Under the pieces are notes generated by a model that worked only from the letters and a program-made list of their open reading frames with translations, made no database searches and was not told the DNA's origin. Positions 36,192 to 36,876 of a stretch of DNA of 36,876 bases are shown here, piece by piece. Position 1 is the first letter of the stretch, and each line of letters opens with the position of its first letter. The stretch spans positions 1-36,876 of the IMG/VR virus record IMGVR_UViG_3300017768_000024, one strand, 5' to 3'. The position numbers and the translations under genes are program-made. This DNA is from a virus (Duplodnaviria; Caudoviricetes).

Positions 36192-36876
36192 ATGGGTGTT
36201 CTCCCCCGCCGTTTAATAAAACAAAATCTTAACGAAGTAGAGGTTTTCTTACAAGACGATAATAATGAATTTATCGTGGTGCAAGACATACCTGATACTT
36301 TCGGACAAGGTCGTGCATCATTTAAGGTATTCGGCTCAGATTTATTAAAACAAGGTGTAAAGCTTAAAGCTGAAATTTTAGATGCTAATGGAACACCAGT
36401 ATTCATCACACCTGTAAGATATAGGTATAATAATTCACTTCCTACTTTACCTTTTACCTATTTTACTGTGGAGGTATATTCACCACCAGTCAACGTAGGT
36501 GGTAAAGCCGAATTAATTATTTTAGGTGAATTAGATAATGAAAAAATCAATGTCCCATCTGAGTTTGTTGGTAGATATAATGTAAGGTATCGTAAAACAA
36601 TTAATCTTGATGTCTCAAAAACCACTAATACTTCACCAATTTTATTTTACAAAAAACCATCCGTCACAACTAATGAGACTCTTAAGAAAAGATTAATACC
36701 AATTGGTAGTAATTCAATAACCACAACAACAATATCAGGTAGTGGTATATCAGGTTTCTCACTTAATGCTGGAGATAGATATTTTCCAGACCCAACAAGC
36801 ACGGCTGGTGGAGCACCAGCTGGAACAGACACCACTAACACTCAAGAAGAAACATCAACAATAAAAAATGCACCAG
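36192..36876 (+). CDS. probable virion structural protein (3' partial)
   Basis: AGGAG RBS; MGVLPRRLIKQNL...AEILDANGTPVF... open to the window end; ATATTTAT at 36166. Confidence 0.8.
   Translation, partial: MGVLPRRLIKQNLNEVEVFLQDDNNEFIVVQDIPDTFGQGRASFKVFGSDLLKQGVKLKAEILDANGTPVFITPVRYRYNNSLPTLPFTYFTVEVYSPPVNVGGKAELIILGELDNEKINVPSEFVGRYNVRYRKTINLDVSKTTNTSPILFYKKPSVTTNETLKKRLIPIGSNSITTTTISGSGISGFSLNAGDRYFPDPTSTAGGAPAGTDTTNTQEETSTIKNAP

Noticed and set aside
36035-36232. 65-aa + strand ORF
   Set aside because: Low-complexity F-rich translation, antisense to the RHH gene and crossing the promoter spacer.
1-36876. Genome-wide stop-codon reassignment
   Set aside because: Code 11 gives dense full-length genes; TGA, TAG and TAA all terminate genes, often overlapping the next start; Trp uses TGG.

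Overview
This is an AT-rich, gene-dense, almost entirely + strand fragment of a large T4-like (myovirus-type) phage genome. From left to right it carries an HD protein, a gp55-like late sigma factor, PhoH, three tRNAs bracketing a nagB + PIG-L deacetylase pair, and a baseplate operon (gp5-, gp25-, gp6- and gp7-like). Next is a ~7 kb operon of exported proteins: a cohesin/dockerin-like protein with a T9SS-type C-terminal sorting domain, a PorV/PorQ-like barrel, two CsgG-like proteins and another barrel, pointing to an FCB-group host. It ends with a cluster of small basic Cys-containing proteins, a resolvase, a primase and a fused Mre11-Rad50 (gp47-gp46) gene. The most striking signal is an ORF the track calls only in part (29532..29984): it has one in-frame UGA followed by a GC-rich hairpin resembling a bacterial SECIS, making it a candidate phage selenoprotein. 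A tRNA-Thr with an AGU anticodon is also unusual. All family assignments come from motif recognition by eye; no searches were run.
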